64,000 nt of DNA from Leucoraja ocellata (taxonomy: Eukaryota): positions 2,604,001-2,668,000 of the forward strand of contig JAWMAR010000289.1 in the NCBI GenBank assembly GCA_036785375.1, given 5' to 3'. Positions 50,021-62,285 of this stretch are shown piece by piece. The first letter of the stretch is position 1. The number at the start of each line of letters is the position of its first letter. The position numbers and the translations under genes are program-made. Below the pieces are notes generated by a model. The model had not been told where the DNA came from and ran no database searches. It saw only the letters and a program-made list of their open reading frames with translations.

Positions 50021-51587
50021 TCCATTCTCTAGGCCCCCATCCCCTCATCTTCACCATGGACGTCCACCACTCTACACCTCCATCCCCCACCAAGATGGTC
50101 TCAAAGCCCACCGGTTCTTCCTCGACCGGCAAACCAACCAATACCCATCCACTGATACTCTGCTCCGCCTAGCGGAGTTGGTCCTTACTCTCAATAACTT
50201 CTCGTTTGACTCCTCCCATTTCCTCCAAATACAAGGCGTAGCTATGGGCACGTGCATGGGCCCCAGCTATGCCTGCCTCTTTGTAGGGTACGTCGAACAA
50301 TCCTTGTTCGAGGCGTACCAGGGCCCTATCCCCGAACTCTACCTCTGCTGCATCGACGATTGCTTTGGTGCTACCTCCTGCACCCACACACAACTGACTG
50401 ACTTCATCCGCTTCACCACTAACCCATCCAGCACTCAAATACACCTGGACCATTTCCGACACTTCCCTACCATTTCTTGACCTCACTATCTCCATCGCAG
50501 GTGATAGACTTCTGACAGACATCCACTATAAACCCACTGACTCTCATGGCTATCCACTCTACACTTCTTCCCACCCTGCTTCCTGTAAAGACTCCATCCC
50601 CTACTCCCAATTCCTCCTTCTACGCCACATCTGCTCCAAGGATGAGGTGTTCCACAGCCGGGCATCGGAAATGTCCTAATTCTTCATGGAACTGGGGTTC
50701 CCCTCCCCTACTATAGATGAGGCTCTCACCAATACCCCGTAACACTGCTCTCTCTCCCCATCCCCCCCACTCGTAACAAGGGCAGAGTCCCCCTAGTCCT
50801 CACCTTTCACCCCACTAGCCGTCACATACAACAAATAGTCCTCCGTCATTTTCACCACCTCCAACGTGACCCCACCACTCGCCACATCTTCCTATTTCCC
50901 CGTCTACTTTCCGCAAAGACCGCTCCCTCCGTAACTCCCTGGTCAATTCTTCCCTTCCCTCCAGCACCACCCCCTCCCCGGGCACTTTCCCTTGCAACCG
51001 CAAGAGATGCTACGCTTGTCGCTTTACCTCCACTCTCTACTCCATTTAAGGACCCAAGCAGTCATTCCAGGTGCGACAGAGGTTCACCTGCAACTCCTCC
51101 AACCTCATCTATTGCAGCCGCTGCTCTAGATGTCAGCTGCTCTACATCGGTGAGACCAAGCGTAGGCTTGGCGATTGTTTCGCCCGAACACCTCCGCTCA
51201 GTCCGCATTAACCAACCTGATCTCCTGATGGCTCAGCACTTCAACTCCCCTCCCATTCCGAATCCAATTTTTCTGTCCTGGGCCTCCTCCATGGCCAGAG
51301 TGAGCACCACCGGAAATTGGAGGTGCAGCATCTCATATTCCGCTTGGGCAGTTTACACCCTAGCGGCATAAACATTGACTTCTCCAATTTCCGGTAGCCC
51401 TTGCTGTCACCTCCCCTTCTCGGCTCTTCCTCAGCCCTCGGGCTCTTCCTTTCTCCTTCCCGCCCCCCCCCCCCCCCCCCCCCCCTACATCAGTCTGAAG
51501 AAGGGTTTTGGCCTGAAACGTTGCCTATTTCCTTCGCTCCATAGACGCTGCTGCACCTGCTGAGTTTCTCCAACATTTTTGTCTACC
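50021..51587 (+). mobile_element. 5'-truncated, frameshifted Penelope-like retroelement (RT + GIY-YIG endonuclease + 3' pseudo-LTR)
   Basis: RT motifs LYTSIPH, LVLTLNNFSF, QIQGVAMGTCMGPSYACLFVG and the decayed YIDD-like CIDD. GIY-YIG region SSNLIYC..CSRCQLLYIGETKR at ~51095-51165. Ends in the common terminal repeat with a hammerhead core. Confidence 0.93.
51495..51522 (+). ncRNA. Minimal hammerhead-ribozyme core in the Penelope terminus
   Basis: CTGAAGA-A-GGGTT(TT)GGCCT-GAAA-CGTT, i.e. CUGANGA / stem II / GAAA / minimal stem III / UH. Confidence 0.6.
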
Positions 51588-53419
51588 TCTGTTATCTCTA
51601 GACTTGCCTTTCCGCATACTCAGTTATCTGGCCTCGTACTCTGCATCCTTTGTAAACGTGGAACTCATGCAGAACTGCTTTCCGTACTCTAACTGCACTA
51701 AATCGTTTTCACTTATTGTACTTGTGTTGCCAACCCATATTGCACTCCCCCCCCCCCCCCTCCCCCCTCCCCCCTCCCCATTAAGGCATCACAGTGTTCC
51801 AATGTATTTTCATGTGACATAATGTTTGAATCCTCCGTTGGTTCGTGTCTTTTTTTAAATTTATCCAGCCCTGTAACCCTCTGTAATCCGTACTCCTTGG
51901 GTTTTGTCCTTGCGTTTATTTGAAATTGTCATTGCTCTATTATTGATGACAATACCTTCAGGGGCCTAGGGACAGGAATTCTTAGCATAAACTTTCCCAT
52001 TCTCTGTTCCTCTGCCTTCTTTCCTTGCTCATTAAAAGCGATGCCTCATTGGTCACACCTTTGCCACCCAACCCGATGAGCAGCAGCTTCCAAATCTCGA
52101 TAAGCAAAAGAAAAAACAGCAGATGCTGGAACTCTGAAATAAAGGCAGCAAATGCTGGAAACATTCAATGGGCCAAGCAGCAGCTCTGGTGCGCGTAATA
52201 AAATTAATATTTCTGCTTGATTACTTTTCATCGACTAGGGAACATATCTCCATCATATTTCAACTCGTTTACCTCTGAAACCCAAAGCTGAAAATGTTGT
52301 TTATTGCCTTATGTGATCCAGGGAGGCGGTGCATTGCTTATATTGCCAGTTTAGCAATACAAAGGCCTCCAGCAACGATTCAGCCACCCTAGTCCAAAGC
52401 CCACCGAGGCAGCTAAAGAAACAATGGTCACTAACACTTCCAACCACGAAACCATAATTTGGAGCAGTAATATTCTTCAGGGGCCATCGGCGGTGCTTCC
52501 CTGGTCTCGGCATAGCTTCAAACCTACAACAATCTGGTTGACTCACAAGTGGCCTCGCAAACCACAGTGCGCAGAGTCAGCTGGGGATGGGCAATAAACG
52601 TTGGCTTTGACTACGATTCTGAACAATGAGTAAACCACTCTCCTGTTAAGCGCCGCGATTGTTGTCGTAGAAAGTAGTGCTAGCCAGAAATCTAGCCAGA
52701 GTGTACGCTTCAAAAAAGATTTCGATTATTCTTCACCCTTTTTACATCATCCTTTGATTTATGTGCAGTGCTCTGCTGTAAATTACTAGCATCTTTCTTG
52801 GAGACAGAGCTCAATCCCATTGTAATGAAAAATACAAACACAGCCACAAGTGTAAGGAATGGGGATATTTACAGAGCGAAACACATTTATGGATCTCTGT
52901 CCATTTTACATGATTTATTTTCTCTCCAGTAACAGGATATTTAACTAAAGAACCATTTGGCTAATGCTTATCACCTTTCTTCAAATGCAGACCTGATGAT
53001 AAAAGATGTTCGGGATCGCTGCAGAGATCAGCACCGATTTTGGAAGAGGCTACAATTACCCATTTGGCAAACCTGTTAGCAGAACAAAAATAGATTTTCA
53101 TCAGTAATAGGTCAAAACGAATACGTCTATTGAGGAGTTATTCTAAATGCGACAGAAATTGAATGCATGACTGAAATACGTAGCTTCGGAACAATTTTGT
53201 TAAATATTCACTGGCTGAATGATTCCAATGTTGCATGTTGTCTGAGCTCTGAACTTCCTTTGTTCCCCAACAGGGGTTCTTCGAGTACCAACGAGTAAAT
53301 TGAACCAAATTGAGCGGGACGGTGCTAGTAAGAGCATCATGGACCGAGCGGCCGCATTCTCAGAATAATGGCCTCCACGTCAATTAACCCCCGGGTCGGA
53401 TTTGGCTTTACGTTTAATT

Positions 53420-53640
53420 TCGTTTAAAGAGACAGTGTGGAAACAGGCCATTCGCCATCCATCGATCACTCAGTCGGTCACACTAGTTCGATGTTATCCC
53501 TCTTTTTCACCCACTCCCCACACAATTTTACAGAGGCCAATTGAACAACAAACGGCATGGTCTTTGGGATGTGAAAGGAAACCGGAGCACCTGGAGGAAA
53601 CCCACTCGATTATAGGGGAAATGTGCAAACCCACACTGAC
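53420..53640 (-). mobile_element. HE1-type SINE fragment
   Basis: GGAAACAGGCC...GGAAACCGGAGCACCTGGAGGAAACCCAC. Confidence 0.78.
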
Positions 53641-54693
53641 TAAGAATAAAGGATATTCGACCCAAGGACCCAGGGGGCGCTTGGCCTTACAGGTGCTGGC
53701 ATCTGGAGTTCTGCGGGTCCATTGGCAAAACAAGTCTCCGTATTACTTGACAGAGGCGCTCGGATCAGCGCTACCCGCAGGGAGTTGTGACAAAAAAAAA
53801 GAAGAAAAATATACTAAAAGCTTGAATATACCCTTGTTGTTGGTGTTGTTATGGTTGGTACTTTATTTGTAGTCGTTCGGACGCTGTAGATCCTCCCATT
53901 GGCATGAGTGAACGGCCCGGTGTCACTGCACGGCGCGGGCCCGACACAAACTCCGACGTCCGTCAAGCACGGGATAGTTTTTCATCATACAATATTTACA
54001 GCGTATTCAACATGGGTTCATTCCTACTGACCTTTGACTTTCGTAAGAGCTAAAAGTCAGCTCGTAACAAAGGGTGATTTACGAGTGCCCCTGATTCTAT
54101 GCTTTATGATCCGATATGTCATACCACTCTACGGGATGTTGAAAGGGGTCGTTCCCACAGCTCTTGTTCTGATCAGACCTTACATGCTCCTCGGAAGGGA
54201 ACGTCTGGCTTTCCGATCCGAGGTCCCTAGCGCACAGTTTCTTCTTTCGTATGCGTGGTCGGTCTTACATGTATACTTAGAACATGGAAGAGTACATCAA
54301 AACAAACAGGCTCTTGGAGTAACAATGTCTGTATCAAACATGATGCCAAGACCACCACTTTATCTATCTGTGCATAACCCATATCCGTTCATTCCATGCA
54401 TAGCCCAAAGTATTTTAAACGCCAACAAGATATCTGCTTCACCACCACCGCAGCAAAGCCTTCTCACCAACCTTTGTGTAAAAAAAAAGATGTCCCGCAC
54501 ATCTCCTTTAAACTTTGCCCCTATCACTTTAAACATATGTCCTCTAGTATTTGTTTTTTCTACCCGGGTAAAAGATTCGGATTGTCTATGCCTCTCATCA
54601 TTTTGTATACTTCTGCCAGGCCTCACGGCAATCTTTGGCGTTGCAGAGAAATTAATCCGTCCGACCAACCCCGTTATTGTAGCTAATACACCC

Positions 54694-54724
<31 letters not shown>

Positions 54725-54984
54725 ACTCTAATGCAGGGATCATTCTGGTAAACCTCCTATGCCTTCTCTTTCCACTTGTGTTGCCACTTTCACGAAGTTC
54801 TGGATTTGGACCCCAGGATCCCTCTGTACATCATTGCTGTTAAGGGTCATGCCATTAATTTTATATGTTTCCCTTCCATTTGACATCCCAAAGAACAACA
54901 CTCACAAATTTGATCGGCCATTTCTCCAACCATTACTTGTAGCTCATCAATATCCTGCTGTATACTTTGACAGCCTTTCTCACA

Positions 54985-55305
54985 GGCCGGACTCGAGACC
55001 GTCATCTACCCCGTCCTTGTCCTGGTACTAGTTTCACTGTCATCCTGTTGAGTTTCACCGTATAACTCATTACCACCCAGCCCACAGCCGACAATGGACC
55101 ATATGGGCTCCACCTAGATCATCATTACTTTTTGCATATCTTTTGTTCTACATCACCATCTATATTTCTTGTTTCCCTTTCTCCTGACCCTCAGTCTAAA
55201 GAAGGGCCGCGGCCCAAAACATCACCTATTCCTTGTCTGCAAATATACTGCCTGATCCGCTGAGCAACACCAGCTTTTTGTGTCTATCTTCGGTTTAAAC
55301 CTACA
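54985..55305 (+). mobile_element. Penelope 3' UTR/terminus fragment inserted in a CR1
   Basis: Ends TCAGTCTAAAGAAGGG...CCCAAAACATCACCTATTCC...GTGTCTATCTTCGGTTTAAACC. Confidence 0.7.
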
Positions 55306-55507
55306 CAGTGCCATCCTATACACATTGTATCCAGTCAGTTTTCTCTCCTTGGATCCCAGAACAGCTTACCATACAGAACTTTATTAAGTGCCTTACTAAA
55401 ATCCATGTAGACAACATCTATCACCCTATCCTTAATGATCACCTTCATCACTTCCTCAAAAACTCTATTGAGCAAACAAGACACGACCTGCCATGTACAA
55501 ATCCAAG

Positions 55508-55597
55508 GTACACAAAAAAAACCGGAGAAACTCAGCGGGTGCAGCAGCATCTATGGAGCGAAGGAAATAGGCAACGTTTCGGGCCGAAACCCTTCTT
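55508..55597 (-). mobile_element. Penelope-terminus repeat of the same subfamily as the 50021-51587 element
   Basis: Minus strand: AAGAAGGGTTTCGGCCCGAAACGTTGCCTATTTCCTTCGCTCCATAG. Confidence 0.82.
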
Positions 55598-56429
55598 GTT
55601 GAATTAACCCATATTCTTCAAAACGGAACTAAATCTTATCCAGAAGAATCCACTCCAATAGTTTCCCTAACACTGACGAGAGGCTCACCAGTCTATAATG
55701 ATTTGGATTCTCTACTTTCGTCTTAAATAAAGGAGCAACATTAGCTTCCAGTCCTCTGGGACCATTCCTGTGGCTAGAGACCTTCAGCAAGGCTTACACA
55801 CGCCCCTCTCTTGCCCCTCTCAATAACTTGAGATAAATCCCATCAGGTTCTGGGAATCTGCCTTAATGCTCTTTAAAGCCCCCAACATCTCCTCTCTCTT
55901 AATCTCCAACCGCCGTTGCATATCAGTATTCTAATAGATGAATTACACACTCCTGCCCCTCAGATACTGATTCCCCCGTCTCTACCCTCTCTACCCATTC
56001 TCTCCCTTCCCTTTCTCTTCCTCCATTGACACCCCTACTCCAGTCTCCCAATTTTCCCAATATTTCTCAGCACAAATCTTTCTTTGCCCTCGACCCACTG
56101 AGCCTGCCCCGACCATCGACACACGCACCAATCCTACATTCATCGCATTTATACGTTCCCCACGTTCACATCAACTCCCTTCAGATTTTATCATTTACCG
56201 ACACAATAGGGACAATTTACAGTGAGAATTTTAGCATCACACCCCGTAATATTTTGAGAAAAAAACATCACGATCCTTTCCCTGGCCAATGTCATCACTG
56301 TCCAGTTAATTGTCCCGATCTTCTCCCTTGACTTGTGAAAACGGGCGCATTCATTGCACTAAGCTTTCTTCTGGCAGGGAAATAATTCAATTATATTCAT
56401 GGTAATCTTAAAAAAAGCCACCCTCATCA

Positions 56430-57480
56430 TCCGGGGGCAATCCCTGGCTGATAACCACTCGAAACGGAGAAGGAGTATTTGGGACGGCAAATAGTTGTCT
56501 TGGTCAAGTGCACATTGACAGCTCTACATGTAACTCGCACCACCTCCCCCCTCCCCCGCCGCAACTCCCGCCCCACCTGGTGACCAGGCGTGGTGACCGT
56601 GCGTGTCTCACCCGCACGTCTGGAGTGGAAGCCAAAGATCTTATAGCGAATATAAGATCTTTGGTGGATCTTTGGTGGAAGCGAGCGAGCGGGCGACCCA
56701 CCACGCGAGCGAGCGAGCGCAGAAGAAGTAGAATTTCCTGGTCTCGTTTTTCTCTGCTGTTTTCAAGTTGATACCGCCCTGTTATTTGCCACTGCTCATA
56801 GCAATTATTGATGGCTTGGGATAAATCAAAGTTAAACTGTAGTTACTTATTAGGTCGTTATCTGGTTAAACAATTATCAACATATTGAAGTGCGACCAGG
56901 AGCTGCATTAACCGAAAATTGGCTACAATTCGCATGTGTGGAACTGTTGACTGTTATCCCAATATGCCACCTCCGATTTCTTCATTTCGGATGTCCAAAA
57001 AATAAAATTGATCACTACATTAATTTGGAGTTACTATTCCCGAGAGTGCAGGATGTGTACATTCTTTCCAATCCAAGAACAATGTAAACAAGTCAGATGC
57101 TTAAGCAGAACGTGGCTGGCAATTATAAGGAAGGGTGAGCAAACGATGATGAACACAGTCCAATCAATTATTTAATTGAAGAGAATAAACGACTGAGACA
57201 TTGTCTCAACTTGGCCGCTCACATGTATGTTAATTGGTGCCGTAAATAGCACCAACCTGGTAGCACAAAGGCCGAAACAATGAACGCAGAGCCGTCGGGT
57301 CCCACAGCTGGCGTGGGATGTGCACTGCCTCTGCGCTGTGTCGCTCTTTCACACACTCGGATAGTTTCCAGAATTTGGATTACGTTGCTCGGAATATAAA
57401 GACAAATTCATGTCAACAAGGACGGGGACGCTGAGTCTCACCTTTCGTTTGCACGCTTTAAGAACAAAGCAAACACGATT
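56430..57480. promoter_or_regulatory. Second CpG-rich non-repeat region ~10 kb upstream of NHS (candidate promoter or enhancer)
   Basis: CpG retention, GC boxes (CCGCCC) and GCGA repeats. No recognisable ORF. Confidence 0.4.
56633..56674. mobile_element. Micro-MITE (31-bp core, 13-bp TIRs, 8-bp TSD)
   Basis: GTGGAAGC-[CAAAGATCTTATA GCGAA TATAAGATCTTTG]-GTG-GATCTTTG-GTGGAAGC. Confidence 0.65.
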
Positions 57481-58827
57481 GAACTGGAGTACTGTGAAGT
57501 GGAACTGTTCTAATCCCTGATGCCAAAATGGACATAAACAAGTGAAAAATGGGGAACGGATTTTCTGTTTGCAATGTGCAAAGGAGAAAGAATGAAACTA
57601 ATTTCTACAAGACCAGAGGTTTCAGCTAAACATAGATGACTATATATGTATCACACTGATATTTCAATAGCTGCTTTCTTTCAGTCTTTCATATTACATA
57701 TCACGTATCAAACATTACATATCGTTCAATCGGAGTGTGCTATTTAGATTCAAATTCTCAATGTCAATATAATAAATTAGTTTTATTTAGAAATTGGTTA
57801 GCGCAACAAAACATTATTCTCCTTGATAAATGGATAGAAGCATAATGGTTTAACCATGAGAAATCAAAAGTCACCCACAAGAAATCTGGAATAAGAACCC
57901 CAACAATGTAAGTTCAAAACTTACAAATTCCCACAGTGAAATTTAAATTGCTCCTGACCTTTAGAGTGTTTGATTGTCTGACCTTTCACAGAAAGTCACA
58001 AACATCACCCATTCCTTCTCTCCAGAGATGCTGCCTGTCTCGTTGAGTTACTCCAGCATTTTGTATCTATCTTCAAGATAATTGATAGTCCTGGAAATAC
58101 CCAGCATCCATCAACAATCCCATCCCATTATATGAAGACTCTATGCCTCACCTCTGCAGTGGTCCCAGGTTTACAGGAGCTTGGTATTACGGGGACATAT
58201 ACTGGAACCTCACCATGGCAACACCAACATTTACAGTTTGTCTACACTACCAATGTCAATAAAGGTCACAGATACCATGGGATTGTCTGATAATACTTGG
58301 GGAGGCTGACCACAAAACCTTATTAAGGACTTGGTTTCTCGCAGTCTGCTTTGGTGGCCTGGCCTCCTTGATCATGGCACCAGGCTCCCAAAGCATACAA
58401 TCTATCATGTGCCCTGTCAGAGGAAGATATCTCTCTCATTTACTCTCACTATCCAGGTGAAGTGTTTCAACCGAAAACTTCAACTAACCATTTCCCTTCC
58501 ACAGATGCTGACAGGCCAGCAGTTTGTTTCTTGCACTAGATTCCAGTATCTGTGGATCATAGGAACAGATCACAAGGCAAACAAAGAACAAAGTTGTACT
58601 CAAAGCCTTTTTGAAGGAAATCAGCATCCTCACTGACGCCTGGGTACCTCTGACCTGTGTCTGCTCAATGTGGAGAAGGAGCAGAGAAGTGGAGTGATCC
58701 TACACTGGGCTCAGTGGCAACCTCACTACTGGAGCAGAAGTAAGACATCCTCGATCCCAAGACTGGATCAGAAGAAAAAGAGACAATCAGCCCTGATACT
58801 TGTCAAGTGGCAGTAGTGGGTTCTTTA

Positions 58828-59442
58828 AGGGCCTGTCCCACTTACATGTCCTTGGCACACAAATTACGCAAACAGCCCCGCGAAGGTCGGGCGCGATTTC
58901 ATGTGTCCGCAAAGTCGTCTGGAACGCGTGACGTTATTTGAAGATGGACACAAAGCTGGAGTAACTCAGCGGGACCGGCAGCATCTCTGGAGAGAGCAAT
59001 GGGTGACGTTTCGTGTCAAGACTTCTTCAGTCTGAAATGATGCTGCCGGTCCCGCTGAGTTACTCCAGCATTTTGTGTCTATCTTCAATTTTCTTGCCCG
59101 CGCTCTGGGAGTAGAAGTGGGAGCGGATCCGGACCGCAACGGCCGTGAGCCCCAGGCCGAGCTCGGCGATCGTTTGCCTGCTTCTGCTGCTGTTGGAGGT
59201 GAGACGTTACGTCGCGCCAGGGTCTTGGGTCTGTCCCACTTTGGCCGTCAGTTCCGCGACAGGCCGTTGGCGCGTGAAGATTTCGTTCACTACAAAGATT
59301 TTGGAGCCCCGCGCGATGACGCGCACAACTCCGTGCTTCTCAGTGGGACCGCCCCGCGCAGTCGTACGATGCCCATGCGCCTCAACGCGACCACGAGGTT
59401 GCGTAATTTGCGTGCCATGGACCCGTAAGTGGGACAGGCACT
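58828..59442. mobile_element. PIF/Harbinger-type MITE containing a palindromic Penelope-derived segment (~58937-59088)
   Basis: TIR AGGGCCTGTCCCACTTAC... / ...GTAAGTGGGACAGGCACT, about 45 bp and imperfect. TTA TSD at 58825-58827 and 59443-59445. Confidence 0.9.
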
Positions 59443-60139
59443 TTAGTCATTAGCAGGAGACAACTGTGCCGTTTGTCCACAGATACTGTAAGCCTTTATA
59501 TTACCCTGCAGAACACAATTCCTTACATCCCTTCTTCCCCACCCTCATACCAGGAAGGGTGTCTTTAAATTACGCAGCAGTACTTAATCCCCAAATCCTT
59601 TCTTCCCCACCCTCTCATCAGGGAGGGTGCACCAAAGCATTGTGATTTCTAACACTTACATTTTCCTGGACATAACAGTGGGTGTCAACACGTAAAGGAG
59701 GTCTCTTATTGTTGGGAAAACCTAACTCGTGGTGTTACCTAATCCATGTCTGGCACTCCCTCAGTGCACAGAAAGTTTAAGCAGAACTTTCTTTGACATT
59801 GGTTGCCTACATCTTGTTTTGAATCTCATTTTCTGCTTTCTAATGTTACATTAGGTTGCTGCCTGCTTAAATAAAGCAATTACAATGGTGCAATATAGAG
59901 CAAGAGTGTCCCATTACAGTACGGCTTGTAAACTGAAAGGCATATTGTTATTAAAGCTTGTTCCAGGATCCTGCTGCGCAGTGATCAGAGACACTATTAA
60001 AGTGTTCATGGTTGGTCTCCATGCAGTCTCAGAAACAACTCTGTCTTAAGTCACCTGGCAATTGTGCCAAATGCTGCAATTAAAGCCATACCCTTAGTTT
60101 CATGTGAAGTGTGAATTCTTTACACACCAACCACTTTAC

Positions 60140-60241
60140 AGTAAAGATAGACACAAAAAGTTGTAGTAACTCAATGAGACAGGTAGCATCTCTGGAGAGA
60201 AGGAATGGGTGATGTTTCGGGTCAAGACCCTTTTTCAGACC
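60140..60241 (-). mobile_element. Penelope-terminus repeat
   Basis: GATAGACACAAAA...GATGTTTCGGGTCAAGACCCTTTTTCAGACT. Confidence 0.8.
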
Positions 60242-60777
60242 TCTCTCTGGACCTTCTCTAGAACTTTTTATTTCTAACTGTTGGCGTGACATCAACCATC
60301 TCAACTTTTCCGCTCCCCTTGCCTACTCTAACCTCACCTCTCAGGTACCAACTACTTTACAGCTTTGGCCACCGACACTGACAACTTGTGAGCTCCTCCC
60401 ATTATAATGGGATAGTTTTTCACAGATTTGTGATGGCACAGACTGAGGTCATTCAGCCCAGTGAGATGTCAGCTCTTGCATATCAATGCCATTCATCCCA
60501 CTTCTCTGCTCTTAACAGTTGCCCTGTAAAATATTCTCTAGTTGTTTTAAGGAAGACTCAGCCGATTCGGTTACTACCAGCCCGACCAACAGTAAGATTT
60601 AGATCATAACTGCTTTCCATCATTGAAAAATCCTCTCATTACTTTCTTTCGAGTCAAGTCGTAAACCCATTCCTTGTGGTTCTTGAGCAATTCATTAGTG
60701 AGCAGCTCCCCTTTCCACAAATTTAACAAATTCACTACTTTGTACATTTCTATCAAATTTGCTCTCAACCCACTTTA

Positions 60778-61100
60778 GAATAGAGTCAAAGAGCTGAAGA
60801 GCACAGAAAGAGGCTCTTCAGCCCAACTTGTCTATGCTGAACCAAGTTGGCTAACTAGGCGAGTCCCACTTGCCCACAGTTGGCCCATATCCTTCCAAAC
60901 CTCTTCTTTCCATGTACCTGTTCAAGTATCTTTTAAATGTTGTAATTGTATCCGCATCTACCACTTTCTCTCGCAGCTCATAAACATACGCACTAATCTC
61001 TGTCTGAAAGGTTTGCCCCTCAGGCCCTTTTTAAATATTCCCCTCACTTTAGGGTGATGCTCTCTAGTTTTGGACACCCCTAACATGGGGAAACAACTAT
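60778..61100 (-). mobile_element. CR1 LINE 3' fragment
   Basis: Similar to 41320-41640. Confidence 0.78.
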
Positions 61101-61272
61101 GGAAACTCAGCTATGTCCCTCATGAATTCAACTTAATTCCGTGCGTTCATACTCCATGCCTCTATTTCCGAATTCCAGAATCTCACCTGTCATTTTCTCA
61201 ACAGAGTCAACACTTGACTCAATGCACAGATCAGGCTAATGTAGTTTGTAAGAATAAAACATTGGGTTCAGT

Positions 61273-61526
61273 GTTTAGTTTAGCTTAGAGATACAGCACG
61301 GAAACAAGCCCTTTGGCCCACCGTGTCTGCGTCAACCAGCAATCCCCGCACATTAATACTATCCTACATACACTAGGGACAAATTACATTGATACCAGAG
61401 ATCCCGGAGAAAATCCATGTGATCACGGGGAGAATGTACAAACTCTATACAGGCAACACCCATAGTCGGGATCGAACCCGGGTCTCTGACGCTGTAAGGC
61501 TGCAATTCGACCACTGTGCCACTGTG
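61273..61526 (-). mobile_element. HE1-type SINE
   Basis: GGGATCGAACCCGGGTCTCTG head; TTTAG tail. Confidence 0.85.
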
Positions 61527-62027
61527 GTTCTTAAACTTTCTCAGAAAGAATCTAATTGAATCCTTTCAGTGAGACAGGTCTTGGAATGAAGCAGACTGGT
61601 AGGAAGGCCCGGATTAAAACATCTTTTAATTTATTTACCAATCCTTTTCATTTCCTACGTTCCTCCCATCCCATGTGCTCAAAGCCTCCCTGTGGGAATC
61701 GTAGAATTGCAGTGTTAATTCGGGCAACATAATCCCACCCTTGTGTTAGGAGGCGGCAAATAAAGACTCAAGTATGGCATCCAAGATGTGGGCGCCCACT
61801 TCAGGTAAGAAGCATGCAGGGCCGTCTTGGTAAATTGTCATAGCAGCTTAGCGCAGTGAGATGAAGATGCAGATCAGTACTTGGAGATTTAATTTTCTCT
61901 AACACCAAGCTACTGCTCTAACCTCATGCAGCTAAACATAACATCAAAATACCTGTTAAGATCATGAAGTACCTATAACTTATTTGCTACATTGCTTCCT
62001 CTGGGCCCCCTCGCAGTTTTTCTAAAC

Positions 62028-62285
62028 TGGCACAGTGGTTGCTGAGTTACTGCCTTACAGTACCAGAGACCCGGGTTCAATCCTGACCAGGGGTGCTGCG
62101 TGTACAGAGTGTGTACATTCTCTGTGTGACTGTGTGGGTTTACTCTGGTTAAAAGGTTAATTGATTTTGGTTGTAATTTGTCCCAACTGTGGGAGATGGT
62201 GTTAGTGTGCGGGTGATCACTGATCGGCGCGGACTCAGTTTGGCTGAAGTTTGGCCAGTTTCTGTGCTGCAGTTTTAACGTCTAA
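62028..62285 (+). mobile_element. HE1-type SINE
   Basis: GGCACAGTGG...CCAGAGACCCGGGTTCAATCCTGACC. Confidence 0.82.

Larger units (their letters stand above)
54278..55920 (-). mobile_element. Fragmented CR1 LINE with nested insertions
   Basis: TRGHMFKVIGAKFKGDVR..FFTQR (54360-54743) and FEEVMK...VIDVVYMDFSKA (55335-55550). Confidence 0.82.

Noticed and set aside
54034-54843. 269-aa ORF
   Set aside because: Non-ATG start, and mostly the antisense frame of a CR1 fragment plus poly-C/CA repeats.
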